A stretch of 64,000 nucleotides of DNA from Saprolegnia diclina VS20. Lineage: Eukaryota. The stretch covers positions 438,235 to 502,234 of the forward strand of contig NW_008246083.1 of the NCBI RefSeq assembly GCF_000281045.1, in the 5' to 3' direction. The translations under genes and the position numbers were made by a program. The notes under the pieces are model-generated. The model searched no databases. It worked only from the letters and a program-made list of their open reading frames with translations, and was not told the DNA's origin. The first letter of the stretch is position 1, and each line of letters opens with the position of its first letter. This document shows, one piece after another, positions 1-11,174 of this stretch.

Positions 1-1304
1 CCAAAGGTGAAGGCGGGCTGCACGTAACTGCGTCCGATACCGGTCAAGCACATGGGGTTGCCGCCGTAAAAAAGGTACTCATCGGCCTTCCACGCCGCTG
101 GCAGCGGTATAGCTGAGAGCGCTGGTAGTTGTCCATATTCGCGAGCGACTGTGGCATTGGCTTGGACTGCTTGGTAGAGCACACGCTGAAAGCTTGCAAT
201 AGCCTTCACCACAGCGGTAGGCGGGGGGAGTACGAAGAGGTCGACAGACAAGAACGGTCCAATGGCGTCGCGGACGAGTCCCGTTTGCTTGACAAAGCGG
301 CCGCGGCTGTCGCTGAGACCAAGGAAATCCTCAAAGCCTTGGGACCCAAAGTAGCTGCACGGGGAGTTCAAGACGTAGTTGGTCGAATAGCGGACGAGGC
401 TCTGGCCGCACTTCTGCATCGCGTAGATCTCATTCAGGAACAACATGTTGAACACGTGAGTCGTCCACGGACCTTGCTGGAACTTGATTCGATGAAGTTC
501 AATAGTCGCTGCAATCCCAAGCGCATTGACGACCGTCATCGTCGACTGAAGGCCCGTGTACGCATAATTTTGCCACTGCAATTGAAAGTGCGTCACGCCG
601 AGCGACCGCCAGTATGTAGCTTCGTCGACTAGAGAGAGGTTGGCATTTGCTGTTGCTGTGAGCCACGTGTCCCCATGGGAGCCCGATGCGCTTAACGCAG
701 CAAAGACGGCTTGATCGAGCAAATGGCCGACGGCATCCATGAGCCTCGCCCACTGTACGTTACGAACGACGGCGTCCAGGTAGACAGCACCGTTGAAGCG
801 GTATTTCTCCTTGCACCGCGCTTGGCGAGCAACCGTGTGGGCGAGTTCCCAGCGCTGACCAAAGTCCACGTAGCAAAAGAGCGTGGGCAGCATCATGGAC
901 TGCTCAGCGGTCATGTTGCGGATGTTTCGAATCGCATACTCGATGGACGTGAGCTCTGCGAGCAAGAGCGACCGCACGTATGCTGGGTGCGGCGTTGGAA
1001 GCTGCGTTGAGGCATACGATCTTGGCATGGCAAGCTCTGTAAGGTCCACGACACCTGCGAGCCGCTGCTCCAAAGCATGGTTGATGGCATCGACGAGAAA
1101 AAGCTCATACCCGCTCGTGTTGTAATTCGGCCACCAGAGGTCGTTGGCAAAGCTGCGCGAGAGGAGAACGAGATAGTAGGCGCCAATGGCCATGGCAAAC
1201 CAGAGGTACAAGAGCCCAGCGACGGCCGACTTTCGCTGCGGCCAGCGACGTGTAGCAGCATCAAGGTCGAGCACCGACGGACCAACAGGCAGTACGCGGC
1301 TCAT
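1..1304 (-). CDS. Large multi-pass membrane protein, Saprolegniales-type family (5' part; runs off left edge)
   Basis: Manual translation from ATG 1304 is open to the window edge, so it is absent from the ORF track: MSRVLPVG...AGLLYLWFAMAIGAYYLVLLSRSFANDLWWPNYN...FCYVDFGQRWELAHTVARQARC...NGAVYLDAVVRNV...FQLQWQN. These motifs match NDLIWPGF, YCYLDFG, RQARC, NAAVYLESLLRNV and YELQWQN of the 16885-20238 protein. Confidence 0.85.
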   Translation of the reverse strand, partial: MSRVLPVGPSVLDLDAATRRWPQRKSAVAGLLYLWFAMAIGAYYLVLLSRSFANDLWWPNYNTSGYELFLVDAINHALEQRLAGVVDLTELAMPRSYASTQLPTPHPAYVRSLLLAELTSIEYAIRNIRNMTAEQSMMLPTLFCYVDFGQRWELAHTVARQARCKEKYRFNGAVYLDAVVRNVQWARLMDAVGHLLDQAVFAALSASGSHGDTWLTATANANLSLVDEATYWRSLGVTHFQLQWQNYAYTGLQSTMTVVNALGIAATIELHRIKFQQGPWTTHVFNMLFLNEIYAMQKCGQSLVRYSTNYVLNSPCSYFGSQGFEDFLGLSDSRGRFVKQTGLVRDAIGPFLSVDLFVLPPPTAVVKAIASFQRVLYQAVQANATVAREYGQLPALSAIPLPAAWKADEYLFYGGNPMCLTGIGRSYVQPAFTF

Positions 1305-1412
1305 GGCAACAACAAATCAGGCGTTACGAGAAAAGACGTCTTCGTATCAGATACATAGAGTATTAGTACTGTGCAAGACGAGGCGGTAGATAGAGGCTTT
1401 AGCTGTCGTCTG

Positions 1413-3304
1413 TTAGTGAACCATATCCACATCGTCGTCGACAAGCGTCCAGTCGCCGTCGCTCTCGCTGCTGGGTGCGTCCGAGTCGTACTCGTAGCTC
1501 GAGGCGGTGCTGCCCCTCGGAGACAGCTCCCATATGGACGTGCTCGTTTGCAATCGCCAGGCCGCCGCAGCATTCTGGCCGCATACATCTGCAGCATTGT
1601 CGTCTTGCTACAAGAATCTCGTAGCCACAGAGTGCGATAGAACGTGGATGCTACCGGTGCATCGGAGGTCGCTTTCGTATAAAAGTCAAAGCTCTCGCGA
1701 ATCATGAATTCATTCATCGATGTGGCCAGCGCATATGGCGTCACCCCGTCCTACACGTCCCCGTTCGGCGCCGAAAACGGGCGGTTAGGGTACCTGGTTG
1801 GGCTGGCGGATGGTGGCGATAGCGCCTCGCTCGAGGAGCTGCTGGATATGCCACCGGCGCGCGCATTGGTCCGTCACATGTAGCAGACAGAGCGCCAGCA
1901 GGTTGTTGCGGGGAGCCTACATCGTCGCTTTTGGCAAACGGGAGATGCTGGTATACGCACCGCTTTTTGAGCTACGTCGATCGGCGCGTGGAGGTCCAGG
2001 AGGAGCTGTGCCATGCGTGGTTGGTTGCTCGTATACGCTGCGACCAAGGGCGCCTCGGCAACCTATGTATGTCGGCAATAAGCACGATACGTCTTATAGT
2101 AACAGGCATGAGTACGCACCTTGCAGTGCCGGGAGCAATCACGGTCAATGTGGTCGTGGAGGTCACAGGGGTTGCCGACGTACGCGCCTGCATTCACGAG
2201 CACATCCACCATGGCGTCGTTGCCGGCCAGCACCATTCGCTGAAGCTGCGTCTGCCCCTACAACACATCGTCTCAGAACTGCGTGTTTACCTTCTCGTAC
2301 AAAGATGGTCGATTGAACATTCGCGCCGTGATCGAGCGCGTAGCTGACCATCTCGATGTCACTGCGATCGAGGGCGCGCGTCAAGAGCCGATCGCTGCAT
2401 GTCTACGAGACTTGGTGCGACCCGTACGCTATGAAGAGTTGGTCGTACCCCCGAGAGCGTGGCGCCGTGGTCCACGAGGAGCCGAGCAATATCGATCGCG
2501 CCGTCGTCAATCAAGTCGAAGAGGACGTCGTGAGTGAGCTAGCGTTCATGCCAAAGACGATGTGAGTGTCGACCAAGCACATACGAATGTAGGCACCTTG
2601 TACATCTGTGGGACGCGGGCGAGGTGGTGCAACGCCGTACGAATCGGCGCCAGCGCCCGAGCCTCCAACGCGTCAAAGAGCTGGTTCTCGCGGTGCCCAC
2701 CGACCTCGGGCACGGCCTGAAACGACACGCGGTGGTGCGCAAGCAGCGTGTCGTTGTCAAAGTAAAAGACGTCGCTGTGCGTCGGCTGCGTCGTGTCGCT
2801 CGCGCTCAGAAAGGAGAAGGGGTTCATCCACTCCACCAGCCAGCGGTACGCGACATTATGCTCGATCGCGCCAAACGAAAACGACTCGACGATGCATTGA
2901 TCGCCGAGGTAGATGCAATGTACGAGGTGCAGATGGGTACGGGCGGTCGTGCTCGCAAAGTCGACGAGGAACGTGAAATCGTGGCTCGTCCAAAAGGCGT
3001 CGGGAAGCAGGCACTGGATATGTCCCGATGTCTCGTGCAGCGTGAGCGCCAGCGACGCTTCTGGGCACACGGCGCAGCCCGCCTAGTTGGCCGCCATGGA
3101 AATGCGAGCAAGTCGATTTTGCCATGTACCTTGAAAAAGGTCTTGGACTGGGCCATGTTGGTGATGGCAAAGGCGTCGAAGCGGAGGCCGGGCGACACTA
3201 TGAGCTCTTCGCCTACGAGGAACGTGAGGCTCTCGCTCGCCGACGCATGTCGCACCGTCGGGCAGCGGCGTCGTGCGTGCTCGTGCGTCGGCCGGGGTCA
3301 GCAT
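1413..3304 (-). CDS. UNC119/PDE-delta-like domain + ankyrin repeat protein (paralog A), multi-exon
   Basis: Spliced: MLTPADARARTTPLPDG|EELIVSPGLRFDAFAITNMAQSKTFFK|AGCAVCPEASL...HLVHCIYLGD...SDVFYFDNDTLLAHHRVSF, then ankyrin-like exons (LIDDGAIDIARLLVDHGA; ALDRSDIEMVSYALDHGANV; MTPYALAT) and an acidic tail ending DDDVDMVH*. Confidence 0.8.
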
Positions 3305-3896
3305 CTTGAAATGTGGCTGGGTTGTTGGATGTGCAAAGTGATGGACCAATCGCAAGGCTGTGATTTAGATTGGGCCAATCAGTGTGGGGTAGAAATAGAA
3401 TGATAGTCATGTGAGATCTTAGTGCGGCTCGATTTTATCAAGTCGCGGTGAAACGATGCGCAGTCAGCAACCTTCAATGCACAAGTGGTGGCGACGGTCG
3501 CCAGACCAAGCTCCGTGAGGTGAAGCTGTCGTTGTTGTCGGTAGAATCCAGCAATGGCGATCGATGATAAGGACTTGCATGCAGTCTAATAGACCTCAGT
3601 CAGAAGGAAGGCATCAATATGTCGAGCTTTGTCAACGTTGGAGCATTCCACAAGTTTTCTCTCTGCATAACTCATGACCCTGACAAAGTCGCGGGAACCG
3701 TGCTGCCCGTCGAACAATGCACTGCACGTGAGCGCAATCATTCTGTGGGCAGCGAAATGTGGCGTGTTTTTCATGCCTTGACGAAAACGACATAATATAT
3801 GCTAGTAAGATTCGAGCCGAGATCTGGAAACACCCCATGCAGATCAACGCCCTCAATCGAATCTCACAATTCATTTCGTAAGCAACTCGTCGGACC

Positions 3897-4506
3897 ATGA
3901 CCTTTACAGCCAGCCAGGCCCTTGCGCTCGAGCGGCCTCTTGTCGGTGCGTCCAGCCTTCTCGTCGTCGTTCCCAGTAGCTTGACCAATGGTCTAGGACA
4001 CGCTGCGCCGTGGAACGACCCCGCGATTGCCTTGACGAGTTTGCACTTGAGTTTGCCGTTGAGCGACGCGCCGTTTGCGACCGTAAAGACTCCTTTTTCA
4101 TTGCAATTCGGTGCGAACAGGTACTAGATTGGCTGCACCGCGTGCAACCGGTCGCTCTCGCAGTGCTTGGACGACGCGTACGGCCACCTGCACATTCCAT
4201 GCCCACTCGACGCTGCCTGCGCCGGAACCTACCGCTTTCACACAACTCGCCCTATCGCGTCGCTACGTCTGGTGCAGTGTCTCTATGACGAAGCGTCGGG
4301 CAGTGTTGCGCGCGTCGACCGCGCGCTCCACGGTCCGTTCCAGCCGGGCGTCGAGTACACGTGGCGCGTTGCTTTGGCGTCGCTTTCGACCGTCGTGACC
4401 GTGTCGCGTTCTTGTGACGTGTTTATCTTTGAAGGCGATGTGCCGCTACTGCACCACCGCGTGACGCTAACGGCGTCGGCGTCCGTGCCGCAGGACCTGC
4501 TAGCAG
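3897..4506 (+). CDS. UNC119/PDE-delta-like domain protein (paralog B), 5' part, apparently interrupted
   Basis: MTFTASQALALERPLVG|HAAPWNDPAIALTSLHL...|IGCTACNRSL...LRLVQCLY...SCDVFIFEGDVPLLHHRVTL. Same two intron positions and GCxxC motif as paralogs A, C and D. Followed by unrelated, lower-GC sequence. Confidence 0.7.
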
Positions 4507-5793
4507 GTAGCAAATTTGAAACTTCGTTCGAATCGAAGTGAACTTCGGAAAATACTCCCATCGACTACACTTGTGTTCAGTATGAAAATCCAGGAAACGG
4601 CGCACTGTGTCTTGGGATGCAATTTACGACAAAATGGTCATCTAGTGGAGCCTCACAATACGTTAGGCAGATAGACGAAGCGTTTATCTTTCCAGCGAGC
4701 TGCGTTGATGCCCCATACGTGAAATATTGGCGCAAATAGACCACATTGAAAATCAAAGTGCGTTTCAAGCCGGAATCTTGGCAACTGTGACCAGCACCCA
4801 AAATGAAAAAAAAGCTCATGAGATTTGTATCGCGCAAACAAAAAAAGAAGGCGACTGCCGCGGACGTGCGGCCAGGCCGAAAAGGGCCTCGCTGCGGAAG
4901 AAAATAACTCGGTATGTACGAGCTCGTTCAGGGAGCCACTTGCATAGGCAGAATGGGCATGGAAGAAGCTATCATGCAACCTCCATTCTGCTGGGCTAGG
5001 TCCCGTCCAGTCGACGAGGGACCTAGTGCTAATGGAGTGTTTTCCCGTCCAGACGCATGGGCCATAGCTCACAAAACCGCATAGGAAATGCCGTCCGCAG
5101 CCCCATCGCAATGCCACTACATTTGGGACGGCATCCGGTGCAGCGAGCTGCCGGAGAAGCCTCGAAGACGCAAGATAGGCGGCCTACTAGTGTGTCGCCT
5201 ATGCGAATCTCGCGGTCAAACGCAACGGAAGAAGGCGGCACGCAAAAAGGCTACCAGCGCGGCGTTATCCGATGGTAAATGACCATATTGTACATGTGTC
5301 ACATTAATAATGTCATCGTTTTAGTCACCGCGACGAGAAACAGACGCTCGAATGACGTGACAACGTCTGATCGACCCAGCACTCGTGCGGCCACTGCTCC
5401 CTCAACACCGATGAAGTCAGCACCAACTGCGTCGGTGGAGCCGTCCAGCTCTTTTCGGACTCGGATTGTGGACAAGCACCTCGGCCGGGTGGCGCATGAG
5501 ATTAACCGACTCAGCGCTGACCTCCAACGATATTCGCGTCACTACTTTGCCATAAACGAGGAAGAGCAGCCGCAACGAGAGGTCGATCGCGTCTTTGGCG
5601 AATTACGCGAGCTCATTCCCCCCGTCGTCTGGAAGCACTACCTCGCGATGATTAGTCGTAACGACGACAGTGCTGCGCTGCCAGTCCCAGAGTTCGTCAT
5701 CGTCGCTGCCATCTGCCACGCCATCAACCTGCGCAACAAGCACGCCAACATCATCGGCAAGCTCATTGGCCTCTACTGCCACGCCCGCAGCGT
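4507..5793 (+). mobile_element. Possible inserted element with a partial ORF (5279/5411 to the gap) of unknown, possibly transposon-related, function
   Basis: Abrupt compositional switch after paralog B coding sequence and short inverted motifs (acttcg/cgaagt) at 4521-4547. The ORF ends AICHAINLRNKHANIIGKLIGLYCHARS at an N gap, loosely resembling fungal DUF6589-associated proteins. The other end is not visible. Confidence 0.3.
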
Positions 5794-5893
5794 NNNNNNN
5801 NNNNNNNNNNNNNNNNNNNNNNNNNNNNNNNNNNNNNNNNNNNNNNNNNNNNNNNNNNNNNNNNNNNNNNNNNNNNNNNNNNNNNNNNNNNNN

Positions 5894-8800
5894 CGCACCG
5901 AGACCGTCAGGAGACCGCTCAGCAGCGCCGACGCGCGATCCATGTAGTAGACATCGCCAAGCAGCCACCCGTCGTGCGTGAAGAGGTACTTGGCGCCCGC
6001 CGTGAGCAGGAGCGACTGACTGCGGCGTAGGGAAGCCGAGACAGGCCACAAGGCTCGCACAAGACCGTAGCAGACGCAGTTGCAGGCGACGATCACCGCA
6101 ATCAAAAGCAAAACGCGATCGAGAAACCCGATCGCGATGGAGCCTGTCGAGCACTCGACTTGGAAATCTAGCGCCGTAGAGACGCAGCGAAAGTCCATAG
6201 TCGCCCGGTGCTCAACAGGCTGAAGGGATGAGAGGCAAGCTGCAATCGACCAAACGAGCAGACTGTTGATGGTGATGTAGCGTATCGAGTGCTCGCGTGT
6301 GATGGCGAGACAGATGTCATTGAGAATGCCTACGAGCCACGTGACCTCGCTCGCTGCCAAGCACGTTGTGAGCGTCGATGAAGCCTCGGTCGCAAACGAT
6401 ACGAGGTACGGACTTGGATAGTGTAGCGACAGTGTGGTCGCCGTCGATAAGAGACAGAGCGCAGAGACGCTGCGGACGACCAAGAGGGGACGACCCACCC
6501 AGACGATGCCACCGACGGGACTGAGCTCGAGCATGTTGAGCCCTTCGACGCGGCCACGGCTAACAACAATGTACAGGCTTGCAACGGCGGCCAGCCCTGC
6601 CATGACAAAGGTAATGTACTGGACGGTGGCGTGGGCGTACAAGGCCAAGACAGTCGGCAGTTCCGCGGCTTGCACCGGCTCGTATAGATAATCAGCGACG
6701 TCCGAGAGCAATGTGAGCGCCCCATCGTCTCCTGCGAACGTCACGACATCTCGCTTCCCAAGGATCCACTCGAGTACGAGTGTCCAACCGAAAAAGCGAA
6801 AGCTGGGGTCGAGTATCGGAAATGTATACAAGTCCAAGGACCCGTTGAGCGAACCATATTGCATGAATGAGATGTTGAGCGCAAGAAGAGTTTCCATCGC
6901 CGCTGACTGCGACGGTACATAGAACGGTGCCATCGTCGACGTCCACCGACCGACGTCTGTGAGAGCTGCCTCACACTCGGTGACCGCGTCGGGCATTTGA
7001 AGACAGAGCGTTGCCACCTCGGTGCTCGTGCTGAGGTCTGTGAGGAGTGCTGCTACTACCAAGCAATCGGCCGTCAGCGTTGGCTGCATCAACGTTGACG
7101 ACTCGGTGCACGTCGTCTCGAAGTGAAAGAGACGCAGCACACCCGTCGCGATGGAACTCGTTGACGGCAGGTCGGGGCACAGCAACGAGCCACCGCCACT
7201 TTCAAACCCGAGCTCTAGCCATGCGGCTGGGACCAATGAGGCTGGAAACTTCACATCCAGTGTCGCGTAGGCAGCCTGCGACTCCAATGACCTCGCACGA
7301 TGGGTTGCGACGGCTGACATGATGTCCCGAGCAGCAGCGCGGACGACCCTCGGCACTTCGACGTACACGGCATCGATCGCACCAAATGGACCCAGCGCTG
7401 CACGAACGACTGCATATCCTGCTGGTAGTGGCGCCGTCAGAAAGGTGGCGTTCGCCAAGTAGACATCTTCCAATGACGCATTGGCATATGCAAAGGCGGG
7501 GGATGCTCGAAGCAAGCTCGTCTGGTTTGGCAGGTTGGCCAGATCGTTGGCGAGCGACCAGTAGAGCTTGTAGGTCGTCTGAAACTCACGACGAAAGTAG
7601 CCCTGGCTCCGCTGAAGCGTAAACGGATACGAGAGGCCGAGCGCATTGACGATGCTGTACGTGTTGTCGAGTCCGATGACTTTAAAGTTTTGCCACTGCA
7701 GCTCGTACGATTCGAGATCGTAGCGCTGCCAGTAGGTGACTTCATCTGCAACCGAGAGGCGTGGCTGGCTCACTGAAGCTAGAAAGGCTTGTCCTTGGCG
7801 CGTCGTTGCAAGATGCTTGCCAAAAGCAGAGTCGAACGAAGGACCCCAGCAAGTGACCCAGTCATCCCACTCGACGTTACGAAGCAGCGACTCGAGGTAC
7901 ACGGCAGCGTTGGTCGCCATCGTGTGACGACAGCGCGCTTGGCGCGTGGCGGTGGCGGCCATGTCCCAGGCGCCACCAAAGTCCAGGTAGCAGTACGGCG
8001 TAAAGATCCAGGGTGTGTCGCAGGCATCAGTAGCTCGTAGGCCGTGCACGGCATCAACGAGCGTCATCAGAGTCGAGTATTGCATGCGGGCGCCAAAGTG
8101 GGTCGGGGAGCTCGTGGTTGACGCAACTGTCGAGCCAACCGCGTTGATAGACGGATCAGTGAGCATAAAGTCTCCGTCTGTTTGGTTCATGGCGATACGA
8201 CCCCAGAGGCAGTTCGTCAAGAAGACATGAGTGCTCGAGAGGTTGAAGCCGGGCCAGATAAGGTCGTTGACAAGCGTGCGCTTGGCGATCTGCAAGTACG
8301 AGTAGCTGCTACTGACAGCCGCCACAACGTAAAGAAAGCCAGCGACAGCGCTAATCCGTGCATGCCACGGTGATGCTGGAAAACGCAGTGGGTCGGCCGC
8401 AACGGTGGCCGACGCAACAGGTTCTTGGGTCACACGTACGATGACCCAAAGCTTGACGTCAAAGAAGATGCGATCCGGCTGCAGCGAGATCAGTCCTGTG
8501 AGAATGTACCCAATGTCGTCGAGCTCGTGATGAAGCAGTGCGCTCGCGACGCCAGTGAAGAGAACGGTAATTGGGCGTCGACAGTCGACTCGTGTGCGGT
8601 GGTGTTGCCAAAAAACAGCAATAAGGAGACCGGCAGCTTGGATCCCGAGAAGCACGTAGAGACGCTGTAAGCTACCGATGGAGATGGCGCCGTGAGTGCA
8701 CGTTACGGTGTAAATGTAGTCAGTGCTAGAGCAGTTGCGCTCGAGTGTGGTAGTCACAGTGACCGGTACCAGCACATCAAGAAGACTGTAGATGCACCAG

Positions 8801-9105
8801 ATGACGGCTGCCGCGCCCATCGAGCCATCCGGGTGGAACACGAGCTGGCACTCGTACATGACGTACGTGATCCAGTTGGCTTCGCCTGCGAGTACGAACG
8901 CTTCGTAGAACGGACGTCCCGAGCTCACAAGCACCGAGACGCCATTGGTTTGTGTCAGTGTCACGGGGGCAGTTGCAAGCAGCAGCAGCGCGCAGCCGCC
9001 GCGAAGAAACATGAGCGGCCGCCCGAGCCAGGTCGACGCCGCCACACGGTGAAACACAAACAAATTTTGACCTGCAAACGCCAAGCGAGTACGCACAGCC
9101 AGCGC
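5894..9105 (-). CDS. Large multi-pass membrane protein (copy 1; contig bounded by gaps, both ends truncated)
   Basis: Open frame across the whole contig within ORF 5773..9348, with hydrophobic segments and many N-x-S/T sites. Nearly identical to 16885-20238 outside one internal block. Confidence 0.85.
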
Positions 9106-9205
9106 NNNNNNNNNNNNNNNNNNNNNNNNNNNNNNNNNNNNNNNNNNNNNNNNNNNNNNNNNNNNNNNNNNNNNNNNNNNNNNNNNNNNNNNNNNNNNNN
9201 NNNNN

Positions 9206-10370
9206 ACCACCTTGTAGCGAGCCACCGGCGGCGTCGCACTGCACTTGGCCGTGCAGAAGCGGTACTTTCCCATCATCGACGTGCTCCTTGCCCACGGCGC
9301 GACGTTGGAAGCCATGGACGCAGCGCGCGCGGGGTTCCTTCTCTCCACGAGTCACGCGGTGCTGTGCCGTGCAGTGGAGACCAACGATATGGACATGCTT
9401 GGCTTCCTCTTGGCACGCGGCGCGCGCGTGCTCTCGGTACATCACACTGTGCATGTGAGCTGCGTATGCATTTGGACGGATGTAGGAAGACGGCGGGAAC
9501 GCGCTGCTGCTCTCCATCTCGCGCGGGGCCAAGAACGTCGTGCAGTGCTTTCTACAGCATATGCGTGCGGACGAGAGCATCAATACACTCCTTGCATGGA
9601 AGGAGGTGCGCCCAATGCGATAGTCTACGCTCGACACTGTACTAATATGGACAACATATGTCTACTAGGACATGGTATCTCCCCTCGCAGTGGCGTACGA
9701 CTGCAACGAGCCCGAGATTGCACTGCAGCTGCTCGAGGCCGGGGCCAGTGCCGTCGCTGGCGTACGTGTAAGGTTCTGGAGTCTCCAAGCTGACACGAGG
9801 CTATAGGAACGTAGCCACAGTGTCCTTCTCTACTGCATCTCGTGTCTCGTCGACGCTGAGACGATCCTCGCGCACGTGGTTCTCTTGCTCGAGCGTGGCG
9901 CTGGCGTCGACATCCACAAAGCTATCGACGTACGCCAACTTCACTTGGAACATTGCATGAGCGCCAAGTAGGGCGAGACGTCGGCCATGACGGTCGCGAT
10001 CGAACGCCGCTTGTACGAAGTCGTGCTGGTCTTGGTCGCGCGCCAAGCCGAGGCCACGTCGCGTCCACCGGTACTTGCAACGGTCGGCACGACGCCACAA
10101 TAGATGGCTGTGTAGAGCTCCTACGATGCGCGCGTCTATGCTCTCGCACGCGACTGCGACGACGGCGGGCACATGCTGTCGGTACTTGGCTTGCCGTCCG
10201 TCTCGTATGCTCCGGTGGCGGGCAAGACCGAGCCCGTGCAGCGCATCGACTACAGCGCAGTGGACCAAAGCATTCTCGACGCCTTGCTCCACGCGCCGCC
10301 TATACACGCCATGGAGACGCTCGCCATCACGGACGATGGCACTGCCTCGGACGACTGGCTCTTGCTCTGA
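9206..10370 (+). CDS. Ankyrin-repeat protein 3' part (probably the continuation of paralog B)
   Basis: Exons LHLAVQKRYFPIIDVLLAHGA, LCRAVETNDMDMLGFLLARGA, SPLAVAYDCNEPEIALQLLEAGA and SVLLYCISCLVDAETILAHVVLLLERGAGVDIHK are collinear with paralog D (LHNAVQKKDFEM..., TALQCAYVWRQPEIASLLLRKGA, SILANCIMALHGDERMAHVLALLEHGAVASIHR). Ends DDWLLL*. Confidence 0.7.
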
Positions 10371-10716
10371 TAGTTCAAAAATGATGATTGGAGTGAATGA
10401 AAACCAAGAAAATGTTTCTTTCATTATTGATGACAACAAGTTCGTTTGTGCGGTTTTGGTCTTTTGAGCTGACGATGACAGGTCGCCCGCCACCTCGAGC
10501 TCACCCTGGCGTCGCCAACGTATTGCTGGTCTTGGCGCCGCTGTCGAGCTACCCTCTGAACGTCGTCGTCGCAAGGTCATGCCAAGCTCAGATCTGACTG
10601 CCATTCTTAGTGCTCTTCTTACGAGCTCAATGGTTCTGCTCCAGTGGGCTACTACAAACAAGAGCAATGATACTACGTTCATGAGCCATGCCTCTCGGCT
10701 GCCTCACACGCTTCTT

Positions 10717-10790
10717 CGTTGAACGCGTTTACCCACCGTCGTTTTACGTTAAACGCGTTTACCCACCGTCGTTTCACGTTGAACGCGTTT
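10717..10790. repeat. 30-bp tandem repeat, about 2.5 copies
   Basis: Unit cgtt(g/a)aacgcgtttacccaccgtcgttt(t/c)a; each copy contains the palindrome AACGCGTT. Confidence 0.9.
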
Positions 10791-10803
10791 GACCAAGATC
10801 CGC

Positions 10804-11145
10804 ATGGCCAGCATCGTCGTGGCGCTTCTGGCAAGCGTCGCCGCCGCCGACCCGTACCTCGTCGAGTGTTTTTGCAACACGACTGTGACGTCACAAGTGA
10901 GCGTCATGACGTCAGCGACGGCCGAGAGCACGACGACCGCGGTATTGGCGCTGCCGAGCTGCCTCAACGACGTCTTTGGCACGACTGGCATCCGGTGGTA
11001 CGTCAACGGGCCGTTCGACGCCGCCGTCACGTACTGGCCGACAAAGACCGTCGAGTACAACGGCGACCGCGCCGCGATGCGTCTCATTCGGCTCGGGTAC
11101 CGCTGCCAAAAAACACAGCTGGTCGACGCGAGTGCGCTCACTTAG
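10804..11145 (+). CDS. Small putative secreted protein (113 aa, 4 Cys)
   Basis: MASIVVALLASVAAA-DPYLVECFC... looks like a signal peptide; single exon, GC3-rich codons. Confidence 0.55.
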   Translation: MASIVVALLASVAAADPYLVECFCNTTVTSQVSVMTSATAESTTTAVLALPSCLNDVFGTTGIRWYVNGPFDAAVTYWPTKTVEYNGDRAAMRLIRLGYRCQKTQLVDASALT

Positions 11146-11174
11146 ACGATGTAGATAAGGATGGCATTGCGTTC

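Noticed and set aside
5773..9348. 1191-aa ORF and other ORFs reading through N runs
   Set aside because: Artefacts of translating across scaffold gaps (5794-5893, 9106-9205, 16034-16142, 16785-16884, 56594-57063). The flanks belong to different contigs.
10717..10790. CRISPR-like array
   Set aside because: Units are contiguous tandem repeats with no unique spacers, there are no cas genes, and the context is eukaryotic.
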